Position numbers and translations under genes: made by a program. Below, piece by piece: positions 41,685 to 51,127 of a stretch of 64,000 nt of DNA. Within the stretch, counting starts at the first letter, position 1, and every line of letters starts with the position of its first letter. Source of the DNA: Candidatus Poribacteria bacterium (GTDB taxonomy: Bacteria > Poribacteria > WGA-4E > PCPOR2b). The notes below the pieces were generated by a model. That model saw only the letters and a program-made list of their open reading frames with translations. It was not told the DNA's origin and did no database searches. The DNA lies in assembly GCA_965222435.1 (NCBI GenBank), contig OZ244950.1:1185915-1249914 (forward strand). The letters run 5' to 3'.

Positions 41685-42163
41685 AACCCGGTGGGAGCAT
41701 ACGACTCTCTGAGCCTTCAGAGGGCTCCCACACTCCAGTCGTATGGAACGGGTTATCGGGTTAAATCCGATAATTAAGTAGAATACCTTTGTGCTATTAT
41801 CATAGCACCACTACTAAGATTGTTAGGTGATACCTAACAATCCCTGTCGTGGCGGGACACGCCAAGACATTAAACGCCTGTGGAGGGATAGTAAGACCAC
41901 ACCAGTAGCACGTGGCATGTCTCACTGAAGCAGGAATACGGCAGGGGTGCCCTTCGGGGCACACCCGTAAGTCCATTAAAGAACCCCAAGCATTTATGCT
42001 TGGGAGTAGGTCAGCACATTTAGCCAATGAGTCAGCCTGCGATTTCGTGATGCAGCACAATGGAAATAAACAGATAGGTTCGGGCATATACAATGCAATG
42101 CCCATCATTATATACCGCATTTTTCTTCCCGCTATTGAGCGGAAAGGGGGATGCGGTTTTTTT
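41685..42163 (+). ncRNA. Unclassified structured RNA of about 480 nt
   Basis: It has its own promoter and terminator and no credible ORF. At least 8 perfect helices of 6-11 bp are present, including a UUCG-capped stem (GTGCCCttcgGGGCAC) and an 11-bp stem (GATTGTTAGGTgatACCTAACAATC). Confidence 0.55.
42114..42163 (+). terminator. Intrinsic terminator of the structured RNA
   Basis: ACCGCAT...CCGC...GCGG...ATGCGGT followed by T7. Confidence 0.65.
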
Positions 42164-42390
42164 CTATTTAAATTTTGAATCGTCTAAGGTATAATAGTCC
42201 AACTTATGGTGAATTCTAAAAATAAATAGGCACTTTCGCCCCCGGTAGGTGCGGTTTCCTAACCGCACCGGTTTGGAGTGCCTCATTAATTCTAAGATCC
42301 ACTATAAATGACTGTTAAATCCTGCATATCCCCTGTTCCACAGTCTGACAGTTAAGTGAGGAGGAGGAGTTTAATCCTCATCAGCCATCC

Positions 42391-43515
42391 ATGAGTCAGA
42401 ACCAAGCTGCTTTCACCCATTTTAACCGTGCTGCAAATCTTTATCGGCAAGTCCACTATGCCCAAGCCGTTCAATATTATTTGGCGGGCTTAGAAATCGA
42501 TCCGATGTGTGTGGAGGCGTATGCAGACTTGGCGAAGGCGTATGAAAAATTAGGGTGCTGGAATCAGGCGATTGAATCGCTGGAGACTGCGCTAAAGCTA
42601 CGTCCCGGTTATCCAACTGCCCTTCGCCGCAAGGAACGCATTCTCGAAGAGAAAAGTGTTTATGATAGCTTAACCGATGAACTAAATCTAGCCCTTGATG
42701 CCACCGACCAACATCAGCCAACCGATGCCGTTCAGGTGGAACACTCTCGGAACGGAGATGGCATCTCCAAAATCGAACACGAATTCTTTACGCTCACTGG
42801 TAGGCGCACAATCCCGCAGAGCCTATTATTAGTCGTATCCCAAATCATCGAACACACCTATCATGAGGTTGGCAAAGCTTTCCAGTGCCATCCGCAATAC
42901 AAGGTTCCTATTTTTATTGAAGCTGCCAATCAAATGGATACGTCACAAGTTGCAACGCCGGTGGACAGCACAACATCTCCGATTGAAGTTGCAAATCACA
43001 CACTGTTTTCGGAGGCTTCTCTCCCACAATGGGCGGTCGCCTGCTATGACAATGGGAGCATTCGTCTGACTTACCGTCCTTATGGCGATTCCAGTATCGG
43101 CGTTTTATACGCAGTCATCCGCCACGAATGGACGCATCTCCTCGTTGACCTTCTAGCGAAGGGACGATGTCCCAACTGGCTTGACGAAGGACTCGCTCAA
43201 TTTGTAGCACGCCCGTTGATGAACTCCGAGAAGACACAGTTACAACAGGCAAGTCGAGATAAACATCTCTTACCTCTCCACCTTCTGCAAAAACCGTTTC
43301 ACCACCTTCCGGAGAAGCAACGCCGTTTAGCGTACCTCCAGTCTTACGCAATCACCAAATACTTGATACAGCAATTCAACTTTGCTGCACTCCGAGATGT
43401 TCTCAAACACCTCGGCGACGGAGGATCGACTGATACTGCACTTCAAGAGGTGTTCGGGAAAACAGCGAAAGAAATCATCGTCGCTTCAAGCGCGGAGAAT
43501 TGCATGACCGTCTAG
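42391..43515 (+). CDS. TPR plus HExxH (peptidase-MA-like) protein
   Basis: N-terminal TPR units and the HEWTH motif. Confidence 0.55.
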   Translation: MSQNQAAFTHFNRAANLYRQVHYAQAVQYYLAGLEIDPMCVEAYADLAKAYEKLGCWNQAIESLETALKLRPGYPTALRRKERILEEKSVYDSLTDELNLALDATDQHQPTDAVQVEHSRNGDGISKIEHEFFTLTGRRTIPQSLLLVVSQIIEHTYHEVGKAFQCHPQYKVPIFIEAANQMDTSQVATPVDSTTSPIEVANHTLFSEASLPQWAVACYDNGSIRLTYRPYGDSSIGVLYAVIRHEWTHLLVDLLAKGRCPNWLDEGLAQFVARPLMNSEKTQLQQASRDKHLLPLHLLQKPFHHLPEKQRRLAYLQSYAITKYLIQQFNFAALRDVLKHLGDGGSTDTALQEVFGKTAKEIIVASSAENCMTV

Positions 43516-43526
43516 GAGGATTAGTC

Positions 43527-44021
43527 ATGGAAACTCTTGATATTGCCGTCGTAATCATTGTTGGTGTAGGTGGTCTGAGCTGCCTGCGGGCGGGTTTTAC
43601 ACGTAGCGTCTGGGGAATTGCTGCTCTGTCTGCTGGTGCATTCATCGCTAGCCAAGTCTGGCAAGATGTGACACCCTTCCTCCTCCGCTTCATAAAGCAA
43701 GAGCCGCTCGCCAAGTGGATTAGTATTACCGTCATCGTCGCCGCTGTGAGCATCGTGATTGATATGGTATTTAGTCACATTCAGAAGGTCGTAGAGCGTG
43801 GCGTCCTAGGGTGGGTCAACCACATCATCGGGGGAGCTTTTGGAGTGGTATCTAGTGCTATTTTGATTGGGTGTTTTCTCTTGTTGTTGGATCGCCTCGG
43901 CGGAGAGGAAGCTAGACAAGCCGTTGCCAATTCTCGTTTCGCACCCGATCTCTTAGAAATCGCTAGGCAAGTTTTCGACTTTGGGGAGGAAGCAATTAAA
44001 GAGCATTTTGGACCGATGTAA
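43527..44021 (+). CDS. cvpA: CvpA-family membrane protein
   Basis: METLDIAVVIIVGVGGLSCLRAGFTRSV..., 4 TM segments, RBS GGAGGA. Confidence 0.65.
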   Translation: METLDIAVVIIVGVGGLSCLRAGFTRSVWGIAALSAGAFIASQVWQDVTPFLLRFIKQEPLAKWISITVIVAAVSIVIDMVFSHIQKVVERGVLGWVNHIIGGAFGVVSSAILIGCFLLLLDRLGGEEARQAVANSRFAPDLLEIARQVFDFGEEAIKEHFGPM

Positions 44022-44065
44022 AAAGCAATTCTTCAGCGCACCCTAATCCCCGGTAAAACCGATCC

Positions 44066-44788
44066 ATGCACAGTTGTTATGTTCCGCCCCCCCAAATCTC
44101 TGAAGACACCATCCATATCAGTGAATCTGAGCGACATCACCTGCTCAACGTGCTGCGCCTGAAGACTGATGACCAAGTTGAAGTCTTTGACGGGGTAGGT
44201 AACCGCTATGTCGCCTCGCTCTATGATACCCGCACTTCCCCGCTACAGGCGAAAATCCTCCAGCATCAGTTTCACCCACACACCCCGCCGTATATTACCC
44301 TGTTTCAAGGCTTGCCCAAATTTGACAAAATGGATCTGATCGTGCAGAAGACGACCGAGATTGGTGTGAATGAGATAGTGCCGATGATCTGTCAGCGTTC
44401 AAGACCGAAGTCGGTCGTTCGGGAGAAACGGACGATACGCTGGCAACGGATTGCAAACGAAGCCGCCAAACAGTGTAAACGCCCCCATTTCGTCCACGTG
44501 CTCGCCCCTCAAGGGCTGGAAGAGTGTCTTGGAAGGGTAGACCACTTGGATCTGTTAATTCTTTTGTGGGAAGGCGAAAAACGGCAAGGACTCAAGGAAA
44601 TATTACGCAATCATGGAGAGGCACAGTCAGTTGGGCTTTTTGTGGGACCTGAAGGGGGATTTACAGATGAAGAGGTGGAGTTGGCGGTTCAAAACGGCTG
44701 CATACCTGCAACATTCGGCGACAACATCTTGCGCACAGAAACCGCTGCAATCGTTGGCGTGGCGTCAGTGATGTATGAACTCAGATGA
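44066..44788 (+). CDS. rsmE: 16S rRNA m3U1498 methyltransferase RsmE
   Basis: PUA-like N-terminus (HHLLNVLRLKTDDQVEVFDGVGNRY) and a C-terminal SPOUT knot (GPEGGF...LRTETA). Confidence 0.8.
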   Translation: MHSCYVPPPQISEDTIHISESERHHLLNVLRLKTDDQVEVFDGVGNRYVASLYDTRTSPLQAKILQHQFHPHTPPYITLFQGLPKFDKMDLIVQKTTEIGVNEIVPMICQRSRPKSVVREKRTIRWQRIANEAAKQCKRPHFVHVLAPQGLEECLGRVDHLDLLILLWEGEKRQGLKEILRNHGEAQSVGLFVGPEGGFTDEEVELAVQNGCIPATFGDNILRTETAAIVGVASVMYELR

Positions 44789-44863
44789 GCATCGGACGCA
44801 ATGAGTCATTGCGGGCTTTTATGGAACGATAGGTGACAACTTACGTTATATTAACGCAAGTTG

Positions 44864-45173
44864 CTAGGTTCTGTTGACATTTCATCGTAATCAGATAGTC
44901 GAGATGTGTGCACAAACAGATGGTCCTTTGTAGGGGTTAGGTTTCCCAACCCTTTGATCACACATCATAGACGATTTTGAACTTCTGTAGGTCGATTTTC
45001 CAAAATCGACGATTCGGTGTCGAGATATGAATCTCGACCTACAATCGGCTCAACCCGTATGGTTTGGGGGTTCCAACCCGTGTTGGTCAATGGGTGAGGC
45101 CCCCCCCCCGATAAATCGGGATGGGAGCACCTACGATTACGGACAGTTTTACATAGATGTCAACACGCCCTAG
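44864..45173 (+). repeat. Copy B of the 310-bp MITE-like composite repeat
   Basis: Termini CTAGGTTCTGTTGACAT...ATGTCAACACGCCCTAG; internal GTAGG hairpins. Confidence 0.85.
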
Positions 45174-45396
45174 TCGTAAAAAGTCTATCGGTTTTCTGTT
45201 AAAGGTGAAGTCCGCTGTCTTTCGCTCCAGAGGAGCGATATGTCTATAGAACAGCGATGAGATCAATCCCTGCGCTCCAGAGGAGCGCAATGTGTATGGC
45301 TGCTCCTAGTTCAGTTTTGGTTGTTTATAGTAAGTGTCAGGTGCAGAAAAAATAAAAAAACTCTGTGCACTTTGCGGTGATTTAAGCCCGTAACGA

Positions 45397-46359
45397 TTAC
45401 CTCCAAACCAGCAGGACCGCAAGGGCTTCACCCGGCGTGTTCCACAAGAAATCAAACGCCTCCTTTGCCTGCTCGTATGGGAAGCGGTGGGTGATCATCC
45501 GATCGGTTTGAATCTTTCCAGTGCGAATCTTCTCCAAAGCTCGGAACGCGGTTTCTGAGAGTGGTTCGTCGACAAGAATACCTGCCACAAGCCGCTTGTG
45601 CATAATTTTTGATGAATACAACGGCAGCGGTTCACCTTGATACAGTGCGATCAGCTGAAGCGTGCCTCCCCTGCGCACCATGTCCTGCGCCTGATCAAAC
45701 GATTTGACACCAGCATGTCCGCCAACACAGTCAACGACGAGATCTGCACCTTTCCCATCGGTTAAGCGATGCACCGCCTCAATGGGGTCCTCTTCCGAAG
45801 CATTAATCGTGGCATCCGCCCCCAATTCTCTTGAGAGTTGACAGCGTAGAGGCAGCCCATCAACTGTGATGATTCTGGCGGGTTCATATCCGCGCAAGAT
45901 CTGCAGCATCAAGCTGCCCACAACACCTTGCCCCAGAATGACAATCGTATCCCCCACCTGTGCCCCTGACGATGCCGCCCATGCTGTTGCCTCTGTCGAA
46001 AGCAGGAGGAACGTTCCCGCCTCAAAGGAAACATCATCGGGGAGTGGGACCAAATGTCCTCGCGCCGAATCCGCATCGCCGACTACATATTGTGCATGGG
46101 GCGCGGCGACCATCACCCGTTGTCCAATTTGATACTCGGTGACGTCCGCTCCGGCCTGCTCGATGGTGCCTGTAAGGGAATATCCCATAATCGAATGGGG
46201 AAGTGCTTCCTCACTGATATAACGACGAAACAGTTCAGAACCACGGCTAATCAACGTCCTCTCGGTCCGCACCAAAACTTGACGGCTGTTGATCTCAGGA
46301 ATAGGTGCATCTTCTAGTTGAATATTGCCGAAACCCTCTGGCTTAATCACGCGAATCAT
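45397..46359 (-). CDS. Medium-chain (zinc-type) alcohol dehydrogenase/reductase family
   Basis: GxGxxG-like LGQGVVGSL; MDR size and layout. Confidence 0.75.
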   Translation of the reverse strand: MIRVIKPEGFGNIQLEDAPIPEINSRQVLVRTERTLISRGSELFRRYISEEALPHSIMGYSLTGTIEQAGADVTEYQIGQRVMVAAPHAQYVVGDADSARGHLVPLPDDVSFEAGTFLLLSTEATAWAASSGAQVGDTIVILGQGVVGSLMLQILRGYEPARIITVDGLPLRCQLSRELGADATINASEEDPIEAVHRLTDGKGADLVVDCVGGHAGVKSFDQAQDMVRRGGTLQLIALYQGEPLPLYSSKIMHKRLVAGILVDEPLSETAFRALEKIRTGKIQTDRMITHRFPYEQAKEAFDFLWNTPGEALAVLLVWR

Positions 46360-46387
46360 TGGGATTTTCTCCTATTTCTCTCACGTT

Positions 46388-47527
46388 TTATGTGTTACCC
46401 AAATTCCGCTTCTCCCAGCCACCTTCGCCGTACATATCCAAGAAATACGATTCATCGTAGGGGTATTTTGCCATCTCTGCTTCGTCGAGGTCTATCCCCA
46501 AACCGGGGCGATCGGGAATGATAACATCGCCATCTTCGATCTCTATCGGATAATCAACAATCTTTTCAGCGAATGGCGTCGCAAAGTCCTCAAAGACCTC
46601 TTGGATCATAACATTTGGTGTTGAGGCATCGATGTGGAGGCAAGCAGCGGTACAGACAGGACCTTGTGCGTTGTGGGGTGCGACGGACACATGATGGGCG
46701 TGTGCAATGGCGCAGATCTTCTTCATTTCTGTGATGCCGCCGGCGGGGATGGGATCCGGCTGAATCACCTGCGCTGCCTTCCGATCCAGCAGTTCCATAA
46801 ACGCTTCTTTACCGGATAACCCTTCACCGGCAGCAATGGGAAAAGGCAGCTTAGAGGCAATGAAAGCGAGGTCGTCGATTTGTGCGGAGCGCACCGGTTC
46901 CTCAAACCAGCCCGGATTGAATACCTCCAGCCTGCGCCCAATCTTGACGCTGAGCAGTGGATCGAAACGTCCATGCCCTTCAATGAGTAGATCTACATTA
47001 GGCCCAACTGCATCCCGCACCGCCGCAACAATATCGATCGGAAGATCAATCTCGCTATGAGCCATTCGTCCGTAGGCGTTTCCAAAGGGATCGAATTTGA
47101 GTGCGGTATAGCCTTTCTCGACAACCACTTTGGCTTTCTCGGCAAACGCTTCAGGGACGCGGTCCACCTGATACCAGCCGTTAGCGTAGGCGCGGATGCG
47201 ATTTCGATATTCCCCACCGATCAGTTGATAAACCGGTAGCTGAACTGTCTTACCGATGATGTCCCAACACGCCATGTCCACCGCTGCTTTTACATAAAAA
47301 GGGGCACTCGCCTTCGTAAGTTCTTCGTAAATTTCTTCCGTGTTGAATGGATCTCGACCGAAGTAATAGCGGCGCATCTCGATGACAGCGGTCTCTGCCG
47401 TTTTCGCTTTACGATGGCTTGTCGCCTCACCAACTCCATAAACGCCGTTATCGGTGTGGAGTTTGATAAACACCCAGTTTTTCCAAGGGTTCCCAACGAT
47501 AAAGGTTTGAACGTCTGTGATTTTCAT
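46388..47527 (-). CDS. Enolase-superfamily (mandelate racemase/muconate lactonizing) sugar-acid dehydratase-like enzyme
   Basis: MKITDVQTFIV...GVGEAT N-terminus and a metal-ligand pattern of acidic residues. Confidence 0.8.
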   Translation of the reverse strand: MKITDVQTFIVGNPWKNWVFIKLHTDNGVYGVGEATSHRKAKTAETAVIEMRRYYFGRDPFNTEEIYEELTKASAPFYVKAAVDMACWDIIGKTVQLPVYQLIGGEYRNRIRAYANGWYQVDRVPEAFAEKAKVVVEKGYTALKFDPFGNAYGRMAHSEIDLPIDIVAAVRDAVGPNVDLLIEGHGRFDPLLSVKIGRRLEVFNPGWFEEPVRSAQIDDLAFIASKLPFPIAAGEGLSGKEAFMELLDRKAAQVIQPDPIPAGGITEMKKICAIAHAHHVSVAPHNAQGPVCTAACLHIDASTPNVMIQEVFEDFATPFAEKIVDYPIEIEDGDVIIPDRPGLGIDLDEAEMAKYPYDESYFLDMYGEGGWEKRNLGNT

Positions 47528-47627
47528 GAGCTAATAACCTAGATATAGAGCGTTTTTACCGCAATGCGTGCATTGCGAAATAGAGCAAGAGTTTGATTTG
47601 AACAATCGGTAGGATTCATATCGCTGT

Positions 47628-48965
47628 CTACCCAAGCGGATCAATACCCCGATAGGACTGGTCGAGGAGTTCGATTGGGTGCATCACCTTCATGGGCAAT
47701 CTATTCTCTTTAACACCGAGTTGGATCTGTAGAATACAGCCCGGGTTCCCTGTCGCAACGATTTCGGCATCTGTCTCGGCGATGTGCTTTATCTTGCGCT
47801 CCAGGATTTCGCGTGACATCTCCGGCTGCGTGATATTATAAATGCCAGCACTGCCACAACACCATTCCGATTCGGTCAACTCGATAAGTTCTAACCCCGG
47901 AATTGATTGGAGGACTGTGCGGGGTTGCGATTGAACCTTCTGCCCGTGGACGAGGTGGCACGGCTCATCATACGTCACGCGCCGCTTAATCTCTCCTTCG
48001 GGAGGTATCATCTCAATTTCTGCGAGAAACTCGCTAATATCCCGCATCTTGCTGCTAAATACCTTTGCCTTTTCGGAATAATCTGAATCGTGTTCCATCA
48101 AGGCTTCATACTCTTTCAGAGTCGCCCCACAGCCTGCGGAGTTAATAATGATTGCCTCCACCTCCGCGGCTTCAAAGACATCGATATTTTGCCGAGCAAG
48201 TTCTAATGCCGTGTCTCGGACACCGTTATGGACGTGCAATGCTCCACAGCATATCTGCTGCGCCGGTGTGATGACATCGCATCCGTTTTCTGTCAAGACG
48301 CGGACCGTCGCCAGATTGGTCTCGGTGAACACCTGATTCATCACACAACCAGAGATAAATCCGACCCGATGTTTCGCCCTCCCTTTGGCGGGGGTGAATT
48401 CCCGTAGGCTATGCTTGAGGGACGGATTGGGAATGTCGGGCAGCAATGATTCCATCTCTCCTAATTTTCCCATCAGTTTGAGAATCCCAAGCTTTTGCAC
48501 CAGCCAGCGAATCCCAAGGCGTTGATACAGCCACATCAGTTCAAAGATGAGGTCTAAGCGATCCTTATTGGGTAAGAGTTCCTTAAAAGCCAAACGCCGC
48601 CAAAACCGTTGTTCGGTTGGGCGATCGACATTCAGTTCATAGATTGCGCGGGCTTCTTCGATAACCTCGCCAAAATGTACACCGGAGGGACATGCCGTCT
48701 CACAGGCGCGGCAATCCAGACAACGGTAGATATATTTTGCCCAGTCGTCGTTGATCGGCATCGGGTTTTTATCCCTGAATGCCGCCCCCATCAAATAGAG
48801 TCTTCCACGCGGCGAATCGGTCTCCAACCCCAATTCACGGTAAGTCGGACAGGTTGGTAGGCAGAGACCGCAATGGGTACAAGCGTCCCATTTCTTCCAG
48901 CTAAAAAGTTCCGACCCGATGAGGGGTTTAGTCTGTGGATCTAGTTGAGTTTGTGGCTGTTGCAT
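47628..48965 (-). CDS. Fe-S oxidoreductase of the GlcF/HdrD-like type (2x 4Fe-4S motifs plus 2 CCG domains)
   Basis: CTHCGLCLPTCP, CLDCRACETACP, and CCG motifs (QICCGA, WCCGSAG). Confidence 0.8.
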   Translation of the reverse strand: MQQPQTQLDPQTKPLIGSELFSWKKWDACTHCGLCLPTCPTYRELGLETDSPRGRLYLMGAAFRDKNPMPINDDWAKYIYRCLDCRACETACPSGVHFGEVIEEARAIYELNVDRPTEQRFWRRLAFKELLPNKDRLDLIFELMWLYQRLGIRWLVQKLGILKLMGKLGEMESLLPDIPNPSLKHSLREFTPAKGRAKHRVGFISGCVMNQVFTETNLATVRVLTENGCDVITPAQQICCGALHVHNGVRDTALELARQNIDVFEAAEVEAIIINSAGCGATLKEYEALMEHDSDYSEKAKVFSSKMRDISEFLAEIEMIPPEGEIKRRVTYDEPCHLVHGQKVQSQPRTVLQSIPGLELIELTESEWCCGSAGIYNITQPEMSREILERKIKHIAETDAEIVATGNPGCILQIQLGVKENRLPMKVMHPIELLDQSYRGIDPLG

Positions 48966-49170
48966 TTGTTGTTCCTACTGCTTGGGCATACAGTTCTTGA
49001 ATCACGAACACGCCAAAAATATTGCGGGCAATTTTCAATGTCTTAGAGGATTTGGAAAAGTGTATTTCGGCTCGCGCTGATTGCGATGAAAGTGGAGAGG
49101 CGGGACATATTTTTGCGGATTACTGATTTCCGGTTGATTCGCAATGAGAGGTTGTGGACTGCCACACCTT

Positions 49171-50022
49171 CTAATGGGCAGTCAATTTTGAAACACTCAG
49201 CAACCCTTCATTCAAACTCCCAGATCTATACCCTTGCAGATCAAGAGCAACATGCTCATATCCAAGCGATTTGAATTTTTCCTTAATCTGGCTGCGGGTA
49301 GATTTGGCAGCGACGAATTCAATCTCTTGCGGATCGACCTCAATGCGTGCGAGCGTATCATGATGGCGTACACGGAATTGGCGAATCCCCAAATCGAACA
49401 AAAACTGTTCCGCCCGATCAATGAGGCGTAGGTTTTCGCGGGTAATCCGTGTGCCGTAGGGAAAACGGGAGGAAAGGCACGCAAAGGCTGGTTTGTCCCA
49501 CGTTGGTAGCCCCCAACGCTTTGAAACTTCACGGATCTCCGCCTTCGTAAGATTTACGTCTATGAGCGGTGCCTGAATACCCATCTGCTTGGCGGCATCC
49601 ATACCGGGGCGATGATCCCCCACATCGTCGGGAATTGCGCCGTAGACCGTTGTGCCAATCTTATATTGCTCGGCAATCGGGCGAATCTGTTCAAAGAGCT
49701 CGGTTTTGCAGAAATAGCAGCGATTGGTCGGGTTACTCGCATAACCCTCGGTTTCCAATTCGTCGGTATTTATCGTTTCATAACGGATGCGAATCTGCTT
49801 GGCGATGTCCTGCGCTGCTTTCATTTCGCGCTCCGGGTAGGAGTCAGAAACCGCTGTCACAGCAAGGGCACTGTCCCCCAACGCCCGTTTTGCGGCTTCA
49901 GCCAGAAAGGTACTATCTACTCCACCAGAGAATGCGACGATAACTTTTCCGTAGGATTTTAATAGCCGATCGAGCTGATCTAGCTTCTGATCAATATCTA
50001 GATATTTTTCTGTTTCCAACAT
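49171..50022 (-). CDS. larE: PP-loop ATP-utilising enzyme, LarE-like sulfur transferase
   Basis: SGGVDS PP-loop and the CLSSRFPYG motif. Confidence 0.7.
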   Translation of the reverse strand: MLETEKYLDIDQKLDQLDRLLKSYGKVIVAFSGGVDSTFLAEAAKRALGDSALAVTAVSDSYPEREMKAAQDIAKQIRIRYETINTDELETEGYASNPTNRCYFCKTELFEQIRPIAEQYKIGTTVYGAIPDDVGDHRPGMDAAKQMGIQAPLIDVNLTKAEIREVSKRWGLPTWDKPAFACLSSRFPYGTRITRENLRLIDRAEQFLFDLGIRQFRVRHHDTLARIEVDPQEIEFVAAKSTRSQIKEKFKSLGYEHVALDLQGYRSGSLNEGLLSVSKLTAH

Positions 50023-50042
50023 CTGTTTGACCTCTCTTATGT

Positions 50043-50678
50043 TTATTCTTGCGATTGCTGTAGTTTTCTTAGTTTCCCACGGAGGAGTTGTCGCTTCAGA
50101 CCTCTAACGTAATCGATGAACAAGATGCCATTGAGGTGGTCTATTTCATGCTGTAGAGCGCGAGCGAGTAAGTCTTCCCCTTCGACGCGAATTGGCTCAC
50201 CATCAATACCTTGCGCTGTCACAACTGCCTTCGCCGCCCGCTTGACATCGGCGGTAATACCGGGGAAACTCAAGCACCCTTCCTCCTCAATGGTCTCACC
50301 CGCTAGGCTTTGAATTTCTGGGTTAAACAGCACCAGTGGAGACCCTTCCGGTTCCTTCCTGTTCAAATCAATCACAATCAATCGCTTCAAAATTCCAACT
50401 TGTGGTGCCGCCAACCCCACGCCAATCGGTGAGTCATACATCGTGGATAGCATATCCTCTGCAAGTTTCCGTTCAACATCTGTGATTTCCTGAACGGGGA
50501 ATGCTTTTTCTCGAAGTACCGGATCGCTATAGAGCCGAATACGGAAGGGTGCCTCGGCGCAGTCATGAGGAAGCATATCTACAGTTGCCGCCCTAGCGGC
50601 CTTTGGTAATGATGCGGTCCGTTTTCTACGCTTGCGTCTTGCCATTTCCGAGTAGCGGCTCCCTCCTGTTTCAATCAA
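50043..50678 (-). CDS. def: Peptide deformylase (start uncertain; a basic N-terminal extension is possible)
   Basis: GVGLAAPQVG, EGCLSFPG, HEIDHLNG. Confidence 0.85.
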   Translation of the reverse strand: MIETGGSRYSEMARRKRRKRTASLPKAARAATVDMLPHDCAEAPFRIRLYSDPVLREKAFPVQEITDVERKLAEDMLSTMYDSPIGVGLAAPQVGILKRLIVIDLNRKEPEGSPLVLFNPEIQSLAGETIEEEGCLSFPGITADVKRAAKAVVTAQGIDGEPIRVEGEDLLARALQHEIDHLNGILFIDYVRGLKRQLLRGKLRKLQQSQE

Positions 50679-51127
50679 AGATTCTGAGATTTTATAATCA
50701 TATCACCCGGAGAGAGGATGGTCAAGCAAAAACGGAAGATGTTGGGGCGTTTAGTTCTCCTGTAGGTCGAAGACTCTCGGAACGGAGAGGGATCTCCGAA
50801 TCCCGACGTCCTACTTTGAATCCGGATTTTATCGGTGCTCCGTATGCCGTAACTGTACCAATGCCCCCCTCCCCGCGTGGGTACAGGTTTCCCAACCTGT
50901 ACTTGTGGCATAGGTTGAAAGTAGTAGGCATATTGCTTTGAATCCCGCCTGCCTGCTCTCGGCTTGTCGGAGTCCCGATTTATCGGGGACCTTATCGGTG
51001 CTCCGTATGCCGTAACCTCAAGAGTTCATGCGTCCAATAATTCATTAATCGCGCTAATAAGCCAATATAGCCCCAGCGGGGCGATATGTGTATAGCACTT
51101 GAACCCTCTCTTAGGTTAGAATCAATC

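Noticed and set aside
41685-42163. The possibility that the structured RNA is RNase P RNA, tmRNA, 6S or SRP RNA.
   Set aside because: I could not find the conserved P4 strings of RNase P, a tRNA-like acceptor/T-arm end plus tag ORF for tmRNA, or the SRP GGAA/AGCA domain-IV motif. This rests on memory of the consensus only, so cmscan is still needed.
41800-42178. ORFs 41800-42120 (-) and 41912-42178 (+) within the structured-RNA region.
   Set aside because: Neither has an RBS. The + ORF starts at a non-ATG codon and reads through the terminator hairpin. The - ORF is Cys/Pro-rich with no family resemblance. The helices explain the region better.
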